A DNA stretch of 64,000 bases from an uncultured Methanosarcinales archaeon. GTDB lineage: Archaea > Nanobdellota > Nanobdellia > Woesearchaeales > GW2011-AR9. The notes beneath the pieces are model-generated. The model saw only the letters and a list, made by a program, of their open reading frames with translations, did no database searches and was not told the DNA's origin. Positions 1 to 10,498 of the stretch are shown here, in pieces. The position numbers and the translations under genes are program-made. Position 1 is the stretch's first letter. Each line of letters starts with the position of its first letter. The stretch covers positions 13,739-77,738 of the forward strand of contig CAZRZP010000002.1 of NCBI GenBank assembly GCA_964604645.1, read 5' to 3'.

Positions 1-1157
1 AAAATGAATTAAGAGCACCTTTATCATGCTGTCCAACAAACTATTGCTGGAATGGATATGCTTGCGTCAACCATGAAGCTGATTCAAATGCTGCTGAATT
101 TATCAACGGTAAAGCGCATAGGTGTGTTAAAGGAAGCTGGAAAGAAAAGATAATTCAAAAGGATTGGAATCATGATAAATGGGGTTTTTGTGATGCAAAT
201 GATCAATGTTTTGTAATGTCTTCAGCTTATGATAAAGTTGATGTAAAGAATAAAGCTGCTACAGCTTTAACTGGTGGTGTTCCAACTTGTATTAGCAATG
301 ATGAATATATTTTAGATAATTTATGTGATGGTGGAAATTGGACAACTAGAACTAAATTTTTAGCAGAGGAATTAATTAGTGATGGAACTGAATATACTTT
401 AGCATGTGGTTCTTATAATGATATTTTACCTGCTTTAGATAATAAAGAACAGCAGATTGCTGGTGGCAACCAGGGTACTGGGTTTGGAGGCAATAACCAA
501 GGCAGTTTATGTACTGGTTTTACAAAATTACCAGAAGACATTGCTAAAGGACAATACGGCTGTACAAATAATTTCTGTGTGCTAAAGAAGGGGAAAGATG
601 TGTTTGTTGGAACAACATTGAATAAAAATATTCCTACTGGTGGAACGGTACCAACTACAGCAACAGAATTATTTAAAGTTTCTAAGTGCAGTTCCGGAAA
701 GGATGATGAATTTGTATCTTGCACAACAGATAAAGGGGAAGCAAAATACAACAAAAAATTAAACACAATAATTTACAAAGAAACATCAGGAAATTTCTTT
801 ACAAAAGCAATAGATGGAATAGTAGACTTCTTCAAAGGATTATTTGTTAAAAATGATAATAATAAACTTATTAGCAAAATAGATAAATTCAGAGAAATAT
901 ATATCAAAAAGACCGACGATAAGACGATTAGAGGGGTCATTGAGATTGATCCGGAAACTGGGAAAGATACTTTAGTTATCGAATTTACTGGTTTTCAAAC
1001 ACCGATATGCGATTTTATTGAGAAGAAACCATTAAAAACGAAATTTGGAAAAGCACCTCATGAATGTGGGGGGGATAGCGATAAAACCATAGTCACAACT
1101 AACGATAAAGATAATATTAACGCACTCTGGAAGGAACTTACCATAAATCTGCGGTAA
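1..1157 (+). CDS. Cys-rich secreted/surface protein, 5' partial (reading frame open from window start; ORF track starts at an internal Met at 216)
   Basis: Frame 3 is open from nt 3 to the stop at 1157; CC and CxxC-rich, Gly/Thr-rich composition; no recognisable enzyme motifs. Confidence 0.55.
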   Translation, partial: NELRAPLSCCPTNYCWNGYACVNHEADSNAAEFINGKAHRCVKGSWKEKIIQKDWNHDKWGFCDANDQCFVMSSAYDKVDVKNKAATALTGGVPTCISNDEYILDNLCDGGNWTTRTKFLAEELISDGTEYTLACGSYNDILPALDNKEQQIAGGNQGTGFGGNNQGSLCTGFTKLPEDIAKGQYGCTNNFCVLKKGKDVFVGTTLNKNIPTGGTVPTTATELFKVSKCSSGKDDEFVSCTTDKGEAKYNKKLNTIIYKETSGNFFTKAIDGIVDFFKGLFVKNDNNKLISKIDKFREIYIKKTDDKTIRGVIEIDPETGKDTLVIEFTGFQTPICDFIEKKPLKTKFGKAPHECGGDSDKTIVTTNDKDNINALWKELTINLR

Positions 1158-1188
1158 AGTTTAATAACTCCTTTGATTTCTTCTTCTT

Positions 1189-3240
1189 ATGAAAAGAGGA
1201 CAGATAACAGTTTTTATAATCGTAGGTATAGTCGTCCTTTTTGTTTTCCTATCTTTATTTGCATTAAATGCTAAAGTTCAGGAAGCAGCATTAACAGATG
1301 AACAGGAAAGAATTTTTTCAAAAGCGTTCTATAAGGAAGGATTAAGGTTATTCGTAGAAGATTGTTTAGAAGATGAAATGAGTGAATCATTATTATTAAT
1401 TGGTAAGCAGGGAAGAATTTGGAAAGAGCAAGGCGGTTTTATTGAGTTTAATGATATAACGGGTAAAGAAATTCAGAACGAAAAGATTGCTTATGGTATT
1501 AAAAAAAAAGAATATTCTGAACCGGATGCTTATCCTTGTAAAAATGCTGATAACCCAACTAAATATTGTGAATATAAATATCCTGATGAAGCGCATTTTG
1601 GAAAAAAGCAGAGTCTTTCTTTGATAAATATTGAAAGAGATATCCAAGGTTATTTGAAGAAAAGTACAGTTGAATGTGTAACAGAATTTTTGGAGGAAAA
1701 GAAAGAATTAGCTAATGTTAATATTAAACCAGGAGAATTAACTATTAAATTAACAACTTTATTTGACGGATTTTCTGTTAAAGTGGATTATCCTTTAAAA
1801 TTTTCAGTTGGTGAGCAAGAATTTTTTACATTATCTAAATTTGATTTTTTTTACCCTTCCCAATTTCCAAGATTTTTCAGGCAAGCTGTCTCTGAACCGA
1901 TTTATTGGGACACTAAAGTAGTTTATTTTGATTATAGTAAAGAAACAATTCAAAAAGGTGGATTTGAACTGATAACGGACGGCGCGAAAACCCCAATTAC
2001 TTTTCCTCTGACTGGTTTAACTGGCATTACTATAGATAAAGATAATAAAGGTGATTTTACAGTTTTTACAATCAAATATCCGTATAAAGAAATTGTTTCT
2101 ATACCTGCTGAATCTACGGGACTTATTCCTAAAGAGTATACTTATTCTTTTATTAGAGAAAATAGGCCACCGGCTGTAGATTATGTTTCACAGTTAAGTT
2201 GTGTAGATGCTAAACATGATTATGTTGTGATTAAAGGAGATGCTAAGTACGGTTCATTGAAGATTATTGCTGATGCTAAAGATCCAGATGAGGAAAAACC
2301 AAAAATTAATTTGGAAGTTCCTAAAGGATGGGATAGTTATGATGAGAATGATAAGGATGAGTTGATATTTGAGATGAATGATTTTTCAAAAATTACTGCA
2401 GATATGTATACATTTACCATTTCAGCTTCTGATGATCAGAAATTATCTGATAAGCAGGAGATAAAAGTTTTGGTAATGGATAAGGAGGAAGGAGAGATTA
2501 GTGTTGAGACTCCTTTTAAGGACGCTGATGGAAAACAGATTGAGTATATCTCTTTAGAAGATCCATTCTTTGTTAAGGTTGATAAAGAAGCAGCAGTTGT
2601 TTTAACACAAGGCGGTAAATCAATTGATTATACTTTTTCTGCAGGAAGTTATGTTTGGCCGAATGCTGATTGTAAAAAAGAAGATTTTGAAAAAAGTAAG
2701 TGCGCTTTACCTGTAACTTTTGTAAATAAGAATTTAAATGTTGGTCCTGTAGAAGTTGCGTTAAAATCAAGTAAAAAAATCTGTACTGAAAATATTGATA
2801 CTTCTAAAAAAGTTAATGTTGAAGTGAAAGAATGTATTCCACATAAAAATTCTAAACATCCTTTTGGTTTCCCGTTTCATAAACTAGATGAAAATGGAAA
2901 TATTGGAAACGATATTCATCCTTTCTTAGCGACTCATGCTTGCTGCTCACTAGCTGGAAAAATTGAACCCACTTCAACAGTTTGCTATAAAGGAGATATT
3001 TTCTGTGATAATGGTCCAACTTTAAAACAAAAAGTGAAGTATTGTGATAATAGAAGAGGAAATACTTGTGATGGAACTACTGGTTCAGCTGATTACAAAC
3101 CAAATAAACGACCGGTATGTGGAGATCCAACGAAATATCCTTCTTGTCAAAATAAAGGCGTTGATGTGTCTTGTTACGGAAAGGAAGTTGGAAATGTAGG
3201 TCAAGGAACTTGTGACATTAAGTGTCAATATACCATATGA
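1189..3240 (+). CDS. Large Cys-rich surface protein with class III (type IV pilin-like) signal peptide
   Basis: N-terminus MKRGQ followed by a ~22-residue hydrophobic helix; C-terminal 150 aa very Cys-rich, similar in style to the upstream protein. Confidence 0.6.
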   Translation: MKRGQITVFIIVGIVVLFVFLSLFALNAKVQEAALTDEQERIFSKAFYKEGLRLFVEDCLEDEMSESLLLIGKQGRIWKEQGGFIEFNDITGKEIQNEKIAYGIKKKEYSEPDAYPCKNADNPTKYCEYKYPDEAHFGKKQSLSLINIERDIQGYLKKSTVECVTEFLEEKKELANVNIKPGELTIKLTTLFDGFSVKVDYPLKFSVGEQEFFTLSKFDFFYPSQFPRFFRQAVSEPIYWDTKVVYFDYSKETIQKGGFELITDGAKTPITFPLTGLTGITIDKDNKGDFTVFTIKYPYKEIVSIPAESTGLIPKEYTYSFIRENRPPAVDYVSQLSCVDAKHDYVVIKGDAKYGSLKIIADAKDPDEEKPKINLEVPKGWDSYDENDKDELIFEMNDFSKITADMYTFTISASDDQKLSDKQEIKVLVMDKEEGEISVETPFKDADGKQIEYISLEDPFFVKVDKEAAVVLTQGGKSIDYTFSAGSYVWPNADCKKEDFEKSKCALPVTFVNKNLNVGPVEVALKSSKKICTENIDTSKKVNVEVKECIPHKNSKHPFGFPFHKLDENGNIGNDIHPFLATHACCSLAGKIEPTSTVCYKGDIFCDNGPTLKQKVKYCDNRRGNTCDGTTGSADYKPNKRPVCGDPTKYPSCQNKGVDVSCYGKEVGNVGQGTCDIKCQYTI

Positions 3241-3656
3241 TATTAGAAATATCCATAATCATCATTGTTATCGGGGTAGTTGTATATCTTTTAAGAAAAA
3301 AAATAAAGAAAGTTGTGGAAGAAATACTGCATCCTGAACATCCATTGTGGTGGCTTTTACCTTCAGGAAGACAAGAAGAATTTAGACGAAAAAGACAAAT
3401 TAGAGAAAATAAAATTAAAATTCAAAAAGAACAATTATATCTGAAACAGCATGGGTTTCATGTGAGAAATTTATCACATCCGGATTTTGAAAAATTAAAT
3501 AAAATAATTCATACTCATCAACTTTCTAAAGTAGTTAGAGGAACGTTTGATAACTTAGATCAACTGATAAAGTTACTTGAAAAGAAGACTAGACAAAATA
3601 TAGAAGCTGAAGCGATAAAAGGTTCGTTAGATAAGCTAAGGAAAATGATCAAATAG
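3237..3656 (+). CDS. Small N-terminally membrane-anchored protein with charged coiled C-terminus (hypothetical)
   Basis: ATGA stop/start overlap with the previous gene at 3237-3240; single TM helix; K/E-rich tail. Confidence 0.4.
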   Translation: MILEISIIIIVIGVVVYLLRKKIKKVVEEILHPEHPLWWLLPSGRQEEFRRKRQIRENKIKIQKEQLYLKQHGFHVRNLSHPDFEKLNKIIHTHQLSKVVRGTFDNLDQLIKLLEKKTRQNIEAEAIKGSLDKLRKMIK

Positions 3657-3669
3657 TCTCCCAACAACA

Positions 3670-3677
3670 TTTATAAA
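3670..3677 (+). promoter_or_regulatory. TATA-like box (tttataaa) upstream of the giant surface protein gene
   Basis: AT-rich motif 28-35 nt upstream of ATG 3705. Confidence 0.3.
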
Positions 3678-3704
3678 GCATAACTGTTTCTTTCTGACGT
3701 ATAG

Positions 3705-6700
3705 ATGGTCAACAAAAAAAGAGGTATCTTTTTTGTAGTTTTAGCGCTAGTGCTAGCTTTTTCTGTGAATGCTCAAACGGGTTGTGATATTGATCCGGCT
3801 TCCAGTACATTTTGTACATCAATTACTATTGATAATCCAATTCCTGGTAAGTTTATTGCAGGTGCTGCTTGTGATACTGTTGATGAGTGTGAAGAAGTCA
3901 GATGCGACCATGCTGATACTGCTGTTCTTCAATGTCAAGTCATGGAACTTGAGAAATGTAAATTTCTTGGAAAGCAAAAAAATGGGATAGAGGGAAAAGC
4001 AGTTACTCAGGAATCATTATGTACGGTGCAAGGCTGTTGTGAAGTTTCTAAGGGTGATAGCTGTACAGTTGTACAAACAACAAAAATTGGGTGCAATTAC
4101 ATTGGAATTTCTGGAGCTAAATTCACGAAGATGGTCGGCGGAAAATGCGGAACATGCAGCGGCGACTTAAAAAAAGTTTCAATTGCCTTTAAAGTTGTAG
4201 ATAAAGATGGAGCAGTTCAAGATGTTTCAGTAACTCCAATTGGTGGAACTGCTGTTAAAACAGATAGTAAGGGTGAAGTTGTTTTCAAAGATTTGTTGGC
4301 AAATGCAGATGCTCCATATGTGTTTAGCGTTTCAAAGTCTGGATATGTAGATCAATCTATTTCTGTAAAAACTGCAGATAAAGATATTGAGAAAGATGTT
4401 AAATTAGTAAAAATTGAAGGGGTTTTAGATTTAACTGTTAAAGTTTTAGATTTACAAAACAAACCAGTGACAGCGACAATATCACTTAAAGGGACTCAAT
4501 CACCTTCCCCAAAGGAAGGTTCTACTGTTAAATTTGATCAACTTCCAGCTGGAAAATATGATATTACTGCTTCAGCTGCCGGATATGAATCGCAGAAAAA
4601 AACTGAAACTTTTCAGAAAGACACAACACCTACAGTTACATTTCAACTAAAACCTACATCAAAAGTTGGAGTTACGGTAAAAACAGTTAGAGATAATCAG
4701 CCACAGCCAGGTGCAGAAATTTTCTTAAACGGTAAGTTTCACACCATATCACAATATCCAAATGGAGATAAATTCATTCCTTTGATAGTTACTAAAGACG
4801 GTCAAAAATTTACCATTTCAGCTAAATATAAAGAATATGCGAGTGATCCTTTAACTTTTACAATTAATAAAGGTCAGCAATTGACTAAAACTTTAATCTT
4901 GAAAAAGACAAAGGGAGAATGTACAATTGACGGAACTAACCCAACTAAAAAAGTTGCTAAATTAGATGGGAAAGCTGCTAAGGGTAAGGAAGAAGTTGAA
5001 TTAACTTGGACTAAACCCTGTCCGGAAGTTGATGGATATAAGCTGATTAAGGAATATAAGAAGGGAGATAAGGATGTAAAAGAGGAATTTACCTTACCTC
5101 TTGCACAAACAAAATTTTCCGATTCTGATGTAGAGTGGGGGGAAACATACAAATATTCAATTAAAGTAATTTATACTGATGGTAAAAAAGATGGAACAAC
5201 TGGAACTAGAATCTCAGAAGAAACATCAGTAGATGTTACTTTAGGTGCGGAAGCTTGTGCTGGTTTGTCTGTTGGTACACAGTTCTGCGATCCGAAAGAA
5301 CCAAATAAAATAAAGATTTGTGGCTCTAAACAAGAAATAATTGCTGGTGCCACATGTCAATCTGGTTTTTACTGCTCACCTTCTGGGAAAGGAGTTGCAT
5401 GTAAATCTGATGCTCAATGTAAAAAAAACAATGGTTTATTTTCATTATTTTCCACTAAAGAGAAATGTTATGGTTCTTTTACGGGAGGAAAACCAGCAAA
5501 TTTCTGTGTATATCAACCAACAAAATCTATTGTAAATTCATGTAAAAGTTGTGCAGATAAAGAAAAACCAATAAAATCATGTTACGATTATACTTCTGAG
5601 GATGCTTGTAAAGTTAACAGTTGTTTAACGGAAAAATGTAATTGGGTGAAACCTGGGCAAGCTGATGACGCGGTAATATCGGATTTTGGAAGTATTTATC
5701 AAGGTTATGATGAAAAATCAATGTTTGCCTTACCAGATTTTGGAAAAGGTTTCTGTGTTCCTGAAAAGAAATATGAAGCAAAAGATAAATGTGGATTATG
5801 TTCAAATGACGAAAAGATTTTTAACAATTTTTTCTGCACTGCGGATATTTGTACTGGATTAGGGTCTTGTTATTCTCAGTATAATTTGAATGAATGTAAA
5901 ACCTGTTCGGATATTCCAACTAGTAAAAACAATTGTGCTCAATATAAGACCAAACAAGAATGTACTGGAGGAAATGATAAATCTGGTGTTTCTAAAAATA
6001 CATTTGAAGTAATAGCTGGCTCTGAAGATAATTGTGCTTGGAACCGGTGTGGTTGGGATACAGATTCATTAAAATGTTTTAAAGATGGAAATGCGAATAA
6101 AAAATCTGATTGTAGTGAATTAAATGACGAAAGCGGAAATTGTAGAATTGACATAACTCCACCGGTAGCAAAATTGTTGACTAAAGATTTATCAATAATT
6201 TCACTTGGTGAACCAAAAGTTCAAATTGAAGTTGATGATACTCATGCAGTTAATAAAAAAACTCCTCAAAACTTACATTCACAAAGAAACAAAATAAAAG
6301 AATTAAAATATTGTTTAACTCCAGCTGTTGGAACAGATACTTGCACTTCTGATAAATATACCACTTTTTCATTTGATAATACTTTCTTATTCAAAGGAAC
6401 TGCTGATATAGATATAGCGAAACATTTTACTAAACCTATTCCAGGAATATTATACAAACTAAAATTCTTTGCTTTAGACAAATACCTTAATCAGGGAGAT
6501 GTGCAGGAATCATTACTCTTTATAGATACAACAATTCCTGATTTTAAAATTAATACGCAAGAAAATGTAATAGGAGATAAGGTTCAATTAACTGCTTACC
6601 TTTCAGATTTATCTGAACCGGCTTCATGTAAATTTTCTATTAAGCCAATAATAGCTCAAGATACACATACGCCGATTGTAGCAGCAAGAAAAGATAATGT

Positions 6701-9700
6701 AAAGCAAGCTAAGTTTACGTTAAGTGGAGTTCATTACGAATTAATTGTTGAATGTGTTGATGATTTTGGTAATAAGCAGGAGAAGAAGAAATCTTTAGTT
6801 TTCAATTTAGATCAAAAAATTCAAATAATTGCTCCTAAAATGAAACAAGTTCTTTCTAAGACTAGTTTACAGTTTGAAGTTAGAACAACTGTAGCTGCCG
6901 ATTGTGTTTTACAGCAAGTTAAACCGACAGCTCAACAAAAGGCAATCTTCAATAAACAAGACGGAACAACTTCTAAACATCACAAGACGGCTTTCATACA
7001 TGGATTTACGCAAGGAGAATATGCAGCTGCTTACAAAGCTGTTTGTACTGAACAATTAAACCCTAATGCCAAAAAGGTAGAAGCACATTTCCACTTCATA
7101 ATTGATTTCCTTTCTCCAAATACTAAAATTACTTTAGAAGAAGGTAGCAGGAAAGTTACTCCTATAAAATACGGTTGGGAAGAAATATTTGTAAATGAAG
7201 CTGAAGTAACTCTTGCATGTGATGCTGGATCTACTGGTTATCAATGTGACAAGATTAAATATTGTTTAGGAAAAGGTTGCAGTAACCCTAAAGACACAAA
7301 GTATCAAGATTACTCATCTACATTCTCAGTTAAGAAATCTACTCCTATTTGTTATTATTCAACTGATAAGGGGGGTAGTAAATTTCCAATAGTTTACTGT
7401 GGAGATATTTTAGTAAATGGTTTTGGAATTACCATGGAAAAACCTGAACCTCAGTTAATTGATGGTGAAGTTTGGGGATTCAGTTCCAAACCTAAGTTTG
7501 ACTGGCAACTAATTACTTTAGTTCCTTCTTTAGAATGCGCGTTTGATTTCAAGAAAGGTTTTGATTTTAAGAAAGTGTCAGCTAAACAAAAATTAACTAA
7601 AGATAAAGGGAAATATTTGTTTAAACAGTTCCCTGGAACCCTGCCGGCTTTTGATAGTAAGGGAAGCGTAAAAGAAGTATTCGTTAAATGTAATAATGCA
7701 GGAGAGATTAGTCCTGAACAGAAATTCTTTTTAGAATTTGATCCAACTCCTCCTAAAATCTTGGAAGCTAAAGCTACTCCAAAATCTCTAATTGAAGGAA
7801 ATTCTGTTCAATTAATGATAAAAACTGATGATCGTAGCATTTGTAAATTTTCAGATACTTCAAATAGCAAGTCAAGTGCAGAATTTCAAGCAATGAAATT
7901 TTCTTTTGCAAAAGATAAAGCCGGTAAGCCAATTTTTGGAAAAGAGCATAAAATTCCATTTGCAATTTCTTTTAAAGGTAAAAAGAAAAATTTCCGTCTT
8001 ACAACTCAATGTCAAAATGGGGCGGGTTTGTTAAGTAAACAGAAAGATATCTTATTTTCGGTTGATTATACGGTTGCAGGTAATATTGAAAAAATTTCAC
8101 ATGAAGGTGGTTATGTTAAAGATAAAAAAACTACTTTGAAAGTAAACACTAACAAAAATGCAAATTGTGAATATACAATTGACGGAAAAACAAAGAAATT
8201 TGATAAAACTGGTGGAACGGAACATAGTACTGTAATTGATTCCAGTAAGGAAGGAAAATATACTATTCCGGTTAAATGTACAATGGGTAAACAAGTTGCG
8301 AATGGTAAAGCTGGGTTTGAAGTTGACAGAACTGCTCCTAAAGTAAATAAAATTGATGATGGATTATACACTTGCGGTGCTGAAAACCTCTCAGTGATGG
8401 TTTATACTCAGGAAAAGAAAATTGCAAATTACGAATATGAAATCTATGATCATGGAGAAACTAAAAAAATTGGTGTGAAAAAGGTTTCAGGAATAGATTA
8501 CCCTAAATTAATTGCAAGTCCAAAATTAGTTCAAACAAAAAAAGTAGGAAAAAATACACCTTTGAAGATTAACATTCGTTCACTTTTCCCTGGCAAGAAT
8601 TTAAGTGATTTCTTTAATCATACATTACATGTTAAAGTCAGAGCTTCTGATGAAGCAGATAATATTGGAAAATATAACAAAAGTGATGGGTTCTTTTTGG
8701 TAAACAGTACTCATCCGGCTTGTGTTAAAGATACCTCTGCCCCTATACTTACAGTAAATCCTGTAGAAATCAAATCTTGTGAAGAGAGAGCAGTTAAAAT
8801 TACTTGTGAAGATGAAGTTGGCTGTAAAGAAATAGCATATGGAATTTCTGTAAAACCTACTTGTAATGCAACTGCACAATATAATGGTAAAAATATTTTA
8901 TTTAATACAACTTCATACTTATGTTATCAAGCAAACGATACTGTTAACAATAAAGCAACTGGAAAAGATTTAATTAAAGTTCCAGATGAAGATGGTGATG
9001 GGATTTTAGATTCTTGTGATAAATGTCCTAAAACGAAAGCTGGGAAGATAGCAGACGGGCAGGGTTGTACTGCTGGCCAGACGGCTTTAAATGAAACAAC
9101 TGGTAAAACTAATTTAACTGCCGCTCAGAAAAAAATTGATTCAGACAGTGACACTTTACCTGATGCTTGGGAGGATTATTATGATTCTTTAAGTTGCGAA
9201 TTAGATTCAAAGAAAGCTGATTCAGATGGCAATGGTATTTTGGACGGAGCTGAAGATTACGATAATGATGGTGCATCAAATTATCAAGAATATCTTAGCG
9301 ATACAGATCCGTGTGTAGAAGATGACGATTTCTTATTTGATGATACAAAGAAATTACCTGGAGCCACTCCTGTTACTGATGATAAAGCAGATAAACCTAC
9401 TACGCCAACTCTTCCTGGAGAAACAAAAAAAGAAACAGATTATCTGCCGTTAATATTATTCATTATTGGTTTATTGATGGTGTTAGGTGGAACTGGTTAT
9501 TTAATTTATTATTATAAATATAAGCAGCCTGAACCAACAACAGCTAAACCTTCTTTTAAGCCAAAAATAGCTGAACCATTACCTGAAAAAATAAGTCCAG
9601 CATTAAGAGGTCGGCGGAAAAAATTAAGGGAAAGAGCAAGAGAATCCATCTTTGGTTTATTCAGTAAAAAATCAGATACAATTCCACATGTCGAATCTGC

Positions 9701-9935
9701 TTTAGACAGCAGAAAAACTCCGCATGGAAAGATTAAAGCAGCTGCAGATTCATACGTTAAACATAAGGGTTTAATCAAGCCAGGATTGAAATCTCATGAA
9801 AAATCTATCTTTGATAAATTAGAATCTCTTTCTAAGAAAAGTAAAAATAAAAGTATCAATTCCGTTATAGATAAAGGTGAAGCGGAAAACTTATTTGCAA
9901 AACTAAAGAAAATAACTGAGAAGAGGAAGAAGTGA
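3705..9935 (+). CDS. Giant (2076 aa) cell-surface protein: signal peptide, Cys-rich modules, PEGA/carboxypeptidase-regulatory-like beta domains, FN3-like domain, thrombospondin type 3-like Ca-binding Asp repeats, C-terminal TM anchor with basic tail
   Basis: N-terminal hydrophobic signal (FFVVLALVLAFSVNA); DxDxDGxxD repeats at nt ~8980-9340; TM helix LPLILFIIGLLMVLGGTGYLIYYY at nt 9443-9514 followed by a K/R-rich tail. Confidence 0.75.
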   Translation: MVNKKRGIFFVVLALVLAFSVNAQTGCDIDPASSTFCTSITIDNPIPGKFIAGAACDTVDECEEVRCDHADTAVLQCQVMELEKCKFLGKQKNGIEGKAVTQESLCTVQGCCEVSKGDSCTVVQTTKIGCNYIGISGAKFTKMVGGKCGTCSGDLKKVSIAFKVVDKDGAVQDVSVTPIGGTAVKTDSKGEVVFKDLLANADAPYVFSVSKSGYVDQSISVKTADKDIEKDVKLVKIEGVLDLTVKVLDLQNKPVTATISLKGTQSPSPKEGSTVKFDQLPAGKYDITASAAGYESQKKTETFQKDTTPTVTFQLKPTSKVGVTVKTVRDNQPQPGAEIFLNGKFHTISQYPNGDKFIPLIVTKDGQKFTISAKYKEYASDPLTFTINKGQQLTKTLILKKTKGECTIDGTNPTKKVAKLDGKAAKGKEEVELTWTKPCPEVDGYKLIKEYKKGDKDVKEEFTLPLAQTKFSDSDVEWGETYKYSIKVIYTDGKKDGTTGTRISEETSVDVTLGAEACAGLSVGTQFCDPKEPNKIKICGSKQEIIAGATCQSGFYCSPSGKGVACKSDAQCKKNNGLFSLFSTKEKCYGSFTGGKPANFCVYQPTKSIVNSCKSCADKEKPIKSCYDYTSEDACKVNSCLTEKCNWVKPGQADDAVISDFGSIYQGYDEKSMFALPDFGKGFCVPEKKYEAKDKCGLCSNDEKIFNNFFCTADICTGLGSCYSQYNLNECKTCSDIPTSKNNCAQYKTKQECTGGNDKSGVSKNTFEVIAGSEDNCAWNRCGWDTDSLKCFKDGNANKKSDCSELNDESGNCRIDITPPVAKLLTKDLSIISLGEPKVQIEVDDTHAVNKKTPQNLHSQRNKIKELKYCLTPAVGTDTCTSDKYTTFSFDNTFLFKGTADIDIAKHFTKPIPGILYKLKFFALDKYLNQGDVQESLLFIDTTIPDFKINTQENVIGDKVQLTAYLSDLSEPASCKFSIKPIIAQDTHTPIVAARKDNVKQAKFTLSGVHYELIVECVDDFGNKQEKKKSLVFNLDQKIQIIAPKMKQVLSKTSLQFEVRTTVAADCVLQQVKPTAQQKAIFNKQDGTTSKHHKTAFIHGFTQGEYAAAYKAVCTEQLNPNAKKVEAHFHFIIDFLSPNTKITLEEGSRKVTPIKYGWEEIFVNEAEVTLACDAGSTGYQCDKIKYCLGKGCSNPKDTKYQDYSSTFSVKKSTPICYYSTDKGGSKFPIVYCGDILVNGFGITMEKPEPQLIDGEVWGFSSKPKFDWQLITLVPSLECAFDFKKGFDFKKVSAKQKLTKDKGKYLFKQFPGTLPAFDSKGSVKEVFVKCNNAGEISPEQKFFLEFDPTPPKILEAKATPKSLIEGNSVQLMIKTDDRSICKFSDTSNSKSSAEFQAMKFSFAKDKAGKPIFGKEHKIPFAISFKGKKKNFRLTTQCQNGAGLLSKQKDILFSVDYTVAGNIEKISHEGGYVKDKKTTLKVNTNKNANCEYTIDGKTKKFDKTGGTEHSTVIDSSKEGKYTIPVKCTMGKQVANGKAGFEVDRTAPKVNKIDDGLYTCGAENLSVMVYTQEKKIANYEYEIYDHGETKKIGVKKVSGIDYPKLIASPKLVQTKKVGKNTPLKINIRSLFPGKNLSDFFNHTLHVKVRASDEADNIGKYNKSDGFFLVNSTHPACVKDTSAPILTVNPVEIKSCEERAVKITCEDEVGCKEIAYGISVKPTCNATAQYNGKNILFNTTSYLCYQANDTVNNKATGKDLIKVPDEDGDGILDSCDKCPKTKAGKIADGQGCTAGQTALNETTGKTNLTAAQKKIDSDSDTLPDAWEDYYDSLSCELDSKKADSDGNGILDGAEDYDNDGASNYQEYLSDTDPCVEDDDFLFDDTKKLPGATPVTDDKADKPTTPTLPGETKKETDYLPLILFIIGLLMVLGGTGYLIYYYKYKQPEPTTAKPSFKPKIAEPLPEKISPALRGRRKKLRERARESIFGLFSKKSDTIPHVESALDSRKTPHGKIKAAADSYVKHKGLIKPGLKSHEKSIFDKLESLSKKSKNKSINSVIDKGEAENLFAKLKKITEKRKK

Positions 9936-10498
9936 TGTTGTCAAAAAAAGGGATGGCAATTGGCCAAATCTTTATTTTCATTGTTGCTGCTGTTACTTTT
10001 ACTTTAGTTCTTTTATTTGGTTATCAAAAAATAACTGGTTTTTTAGAGACGGGAGAACAAGTTGAATTTATTCAATTTAAAAATCATTTAGAATCCTCCA
10101 TTCAAAAGATTTATACTGAATATGGTGCAATTAGAAAAACTACTTTTCATCCTCCTGGGCAGTATACGCAAGTTTGTTTTGTTGATTTTGAGTTTGTACA
10201 TAAGAAAACAGATATTGATTTACTCTGCGAAAAAGACCCTTTTGCTTGTGGTACTTTAGAAGATGCAAGTGCAAAATTTGAAGATATTACAGCCAATGTT
10301 TTTCTAACCCCTATTGCTCCAGTTCCTATTAAAACGCATAAGATTAAGGTAGAAGCACTGGAAAAAGCAAGTGGTTTTGATAAACATATCCCAAAAGGTT
10401 TTCTCTGTTTGTCTATCTCTGGTGGACAATTTGAATTAACTATGGAAGGTATGGGGGATCACACTCTTCTCTGGGAGCCAAAGAAAGATGGCAAATAA
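9935..10498 (+). CDS. Pilin-like protein (class III signal peptide)
   Basis: MLSKKGMAIGQ + hydrophobic helix; TGATG overlap with the giant gene (a GTG at 9932 is an alternative start). Confidence 0.5.
   Translation: MLSKKGMAIGQIFIFIVAAVTFTLVLLFGYQKITGFLETGEQVEFIQFKNHLESSIQKIYTEYGAIRKTTFHPPGQYTQVCFVDFEFVHKKTDIDLLCEKDPFACGTLEDASAKFEDITANVFLTPIAPVPIKTHKIKVEALEKASGFDKHIPKGFLCLSISGGQFELTMEGMGDHTLLWEPKKDGK

Noticed and set aside
413-766. Many 60-117-aa ORFs on the opposite strand or in alternate frames inside large genes (e.g. 413-766, 1396-1647, 2573-2770, 3769-3990, 4874-5152, 5171-5353, 5614-6481, 7774-8879, 9512-9778, 11159-11548, 12745-13163, 28143-29075, 43157-44092, 53995-54249, 60516-60746, 63238-63477)
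   Set aside because: Fully embedded in well-supported longer genes, low-complexity translations, no start-site or operon logic; typical AT-rich-genome shadow ORFs.
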